Shown in pieces: positions 59,204 to 62,141 of a stretch of 62,141 bases of DNA. The stretch covers positions 1-62,141 of the forward strand of contig DF237484.1 in assembly GCA_000708835.1 (NCBI GenBank). The letters run 5' to 3'. This DNA comes from Klebsormidium nitens. Its lineage: Eukaryota > Plantae > Klebsormidiophyceae. Position 1 is the stretch's first letter; the number at the start of each line of letters is the position of its first letter. The notes beneath the pieces are model-generated. The model saw only the letters and a list, made by a program, of their open reading frames with translations. It was not told where the DNA came from and ran no database searches. The position numbers and the translations under genes were made by a program.

Positions 59204-59570
59204 TGTTGAAAGCAAGCGCCTTTCAAGTGCACAACAACTAGGAATGACTGGGGTTCATTTCATACATGTGTCCAAGTCTTATAGCCTAGCTCAAGCCTAG
59301 CTATTCCCCTAGATGATTCAATCGACGAATCGACTGTCCCCAATCGACATTGTCTACAAAAGAACCCATCAACGGCTACATTGAAATACACATCACAAAA
59401 GAACCCATGCACAATGGACTCAATCCTACGGCTTACTTTTCGCACATCCTACGGTGGATGTTCAATCATGCAAGCTCACAATGATGGTACGGCCAACCCG
59501 ATGCATCGAACCTACGACTCTGTGGACGATATATCATAGGACATTAAGGCGTACTCAAGGCCAGCTAACA
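59204..59570 (-). mobile_element. putative 3' LTR of the copia fragment
   Basis: Starts TGTTAG at 59570 directly after a purine-rich tract. The TCAACA end at 59204 is only the best TG...CA candidate. Confidence 0.4.
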
Positions 59571-60036
59571 GTCTCCCACGCACTCTCCTATGCAATTCCT
59601 AGCTTCCTCTTGCACTTCAAAAAATTTCCGGGTGCCAACGCCTTGGTCAAGGTGTTCGCCTTCATGTCCTCCGTCTTGCAATACGCGATCTCGACCTCCT
59701 TTTGCGCCATCCGCTTCTGCGCAAAGTGATGAATCACGTCGATGTGCTTCGATTGCTGCGAAGCAATTGGATGCTTGAGGAGCCGCATTGCCCTTTGGTT
59801 GTTGCAGTAAATCAGGACCGTTTCGAGGTCCAACCCGAGATCGCCCCCAAGTTTGCGGAACCACAACGCCTCCTTCACGGCCTTCCCCACGCTCATATAC
59901 CCGCCTCTACCGTCGACGCCGCCACCGTCGGTTGAAGACGGCTTGACCAACTCACCGCTCCCCCGTACAGTGGGAAGACGTACCCCGTTGTAGAAGCTTT
60001 TTGTCGACGTGAGCCTGCATAGTCGGCGTCGCAGAA
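59571..60036 (-). mobile_element. Ty1/copia retrotransposon RNase H remnant with polypurine tract, 5'-truncated and frameshifted
   Basis: FCDADYAG...STTGYVFPLYGGAVSWSSRLQPTVAASTVEA, then a 1-nt frameshift, then YMSVGKAVKEALWFRKL...IYCNNQRA...SKHIDVIHHF...YCKTEDMKANTLTKAL. PPT gagagtgcgtgggagac at 59587-59571. Confidence 0.92.
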
Positions 60037-62141
60037 TGGCGTCTGCAAGAGGGTCTAGTGCAAAAGCGCGACTTAGCCTTCGCAAAGAAAGCAAAACAGT
60101 AAACGAAGGCGACTGTCAGGCCATTACAGAGTAGTAAAGTCTGTCGATCAATCTATGATGAGACATTTTGTTACGACCTTTGTAAATATTTGTAATCGCT
60201 TCGAGGTCCTTCTAATCTCCTCGAGATTTCAAAGTGGCTTCTCATGGCCAATGCTCCCGAACGTCGACATCAATGCAGGCGACCAGCGGGAATCCGCAAC
60301 AAATTCTTTGTTTTCGCGTCGCCGGCGTCAACCAACTTCAAGAGGCTTGGTGCGCATGCTTTTGAACTGTGTGCTGTCCTTGATGATTGTGCATGTGCGT
60401 ATGTAGCTTGGCCGTCCGCACAAAGTTGCCGACGCCATTAAAAGTACACCCGACGAAATAAATCCATTCATGCATGGCGTTAGTGGTTTGTACGGCCTAG
60501 CGGTAGGCACCAGTAACCAGTGTATGTGCTTACCCTAATGAAGTGATGTCCAAAGCGCAATACATTCATCTATTCTTCATATTGGGCGCTCGTCACGATC
60601 GAAACATCCTATATATATTGCAAAAACGACATCAGAGGGCGTTTTAAAGGTATGTAGGGTTGAGCAAGCCTCTACTATTCATGGCAGTTATTCTAGAGTA
60701 TATCGACGCTAATCGAAACAAAAGTTGGTCGTACTCCGTAGCATTTTACAATGCCAATGCTGCCCATGAATCTAATAAAAAAGTCGAAGAGAGCTTGAAA
60801 ATTCAACTCAAAACCTGACCTGTTTGAAATCCACCTTCTTAAATGGGGTTGTGGAATCTATGGAACCCGCCAATATTGTGCAACCTTAAGTTAACGACAA
60901 GGATGTGTGAGACCGAATTGGCGGGCCGGCCACAAAGAGCTTTTCCGCTACAGCACACTCTTTCCAACAGAATTGGTAGCGGATCATACGCTCAGGGACC
61001 TACAAAAAAGGTCCCCGAATGAGTAGAATAAAACCCAATTCTCACAACAAACACGTTCTCTTGGACGTCAATCATACTCTTTGTACAACCAGATCAATGC
61101 AAGTTTTTTGTCAATTGACGATCCAATATACTAAAAGTAGGTCGACCTGCTAAAATCCGAGTTGAGGGAAGATGCTGGCCAATTTCCAGAGCTGTGCATC
61201 TGTCATCAAAAGAAGAAAAGTGTTTGCTCCTTGTCAATTCGAGGAGTCAGATGATTGACGCATCTTCAAGAAAAACAATAGTGACTTCCCTCTTTTTTGC
61301 GACCAGTTTCAGGCAACACGATTATGTACACGACCCTCGTAACGAAACCAAATTTTATATCCATTAAAGAATCATATGATCGGCCAAAGTGCCGAGCTTC
61401 TTAGCTTCTTGTCTTGCGTCTCTCTGAAGCACGTACCGATACTAAGGGAGCACATCTGGGCCCTTACACATATGAGTTGCGTGCCATCACAGCCGTTGAA
61501 AAAAGATGAATCTGCTTCGGAAACTAATTTTATGCTAACCAGACTTCGCATACCACTCATCCACTTGTGCAAGACTGTCTTTCACGTTCCATTCGAGAGG
61601 CACTCCTATTGCCATTGAATAAGCCGGCACTGTGCCCCCGGAACCAAATGGATGGCGACAGAAGGACAGTCACGTCCCTCTCCACCGTCGCATGGGCCTT
61701 TTTCGTTCCTATGCACTGCGCCGTTGCTTGTGAGCTGGGCGCTTGCCCAGTATGAGCTTGTTCGGACATGGCGTCATGGAGTATGGACACAATCAAACCA
61801 AGCTATTACCTGCACGCCTCAAAATACTCGCCAATGGTTATTGGGCACCTCAACCTCTGCTTATGCTAGAGGGTAGCGTCTTTCCTCCGATGATTATCGA
61901 CAACAATCTTCTCATGTACATTTTTACCTCGAGGCAAAGAAAATAAAGGCAACTTCGGATAAGGGAAGATAAGCAGTGGAAATAACATGGGTTAAACAGG
62001 TGTAAAATGCACCTTGAGAAATTGTTGTGGATGCTTTTTCAAAAACAAAGGGAGCTAAACCAAACTATCCAGGAATACCCAGTGCAGTTTGTTGAAACTC
62101 ATGGTAGGGACCCGTATTGTAGTTGAGGTACTTGTCATCGG

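Noticed and set aside
60155-62141. Possible exons in the terminal 2 kb (e.g. LGRPHKVADAIKSTPDEINPFMHG; GVPLEWNVKDSLAQVDEWYAKSG)
   Set aside because: Fragments occur on both strands and I could not join them into a consistent model.
1-62141. CRISPR arrays, rRNA, complete tRNA genes, telomeric arrays
   Set aside because: None seen on reading; a covariance-model scan was not possible.

Overview
Eukaryotic nuclear scaffold with GC-rich exons, GT-AG introns and two N gaps. The gene content (plastid-type penicillin-binding protein, land-plant-like GT61 and BTB proteins) points to a streptophyte green alga, probably Klebsormidium-like; this is an inference. The gene-dense core (about 11-53.4 kb) holds seven spliced or intronless genes. 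Six form three head-to-head pairs: PUS3-type pseudouridine synthase(-)/NAA25(+), plastid bS21(-)/USP40-like deubiquitinase(+) and GT61(-)/class A PBP(+). The seventh is a BTB-BACK-discoidin gene (+). The left flank (1-11 kb) holds a two-exon DUF2945 (HVA1 Tudor-like) gene and two orphan intron-rich minus-strand genes, none recoverable as a whole from the ORF track. The right flank (53.5-62 kb) is degenerate DNA with stop-interrupted coding relics, a nested hairpin and a truncated Ty1/copia 3' end. Best candidates for new biology: the ~500 aa eukaryote-type C-terminal extension and helical insert of the PBP, the UBA inserted into the USP40-like catalytic domain, the DUF2945 gene, and the orphan nine-exon gene. 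All exon models were assembled by hand and no database search was run.
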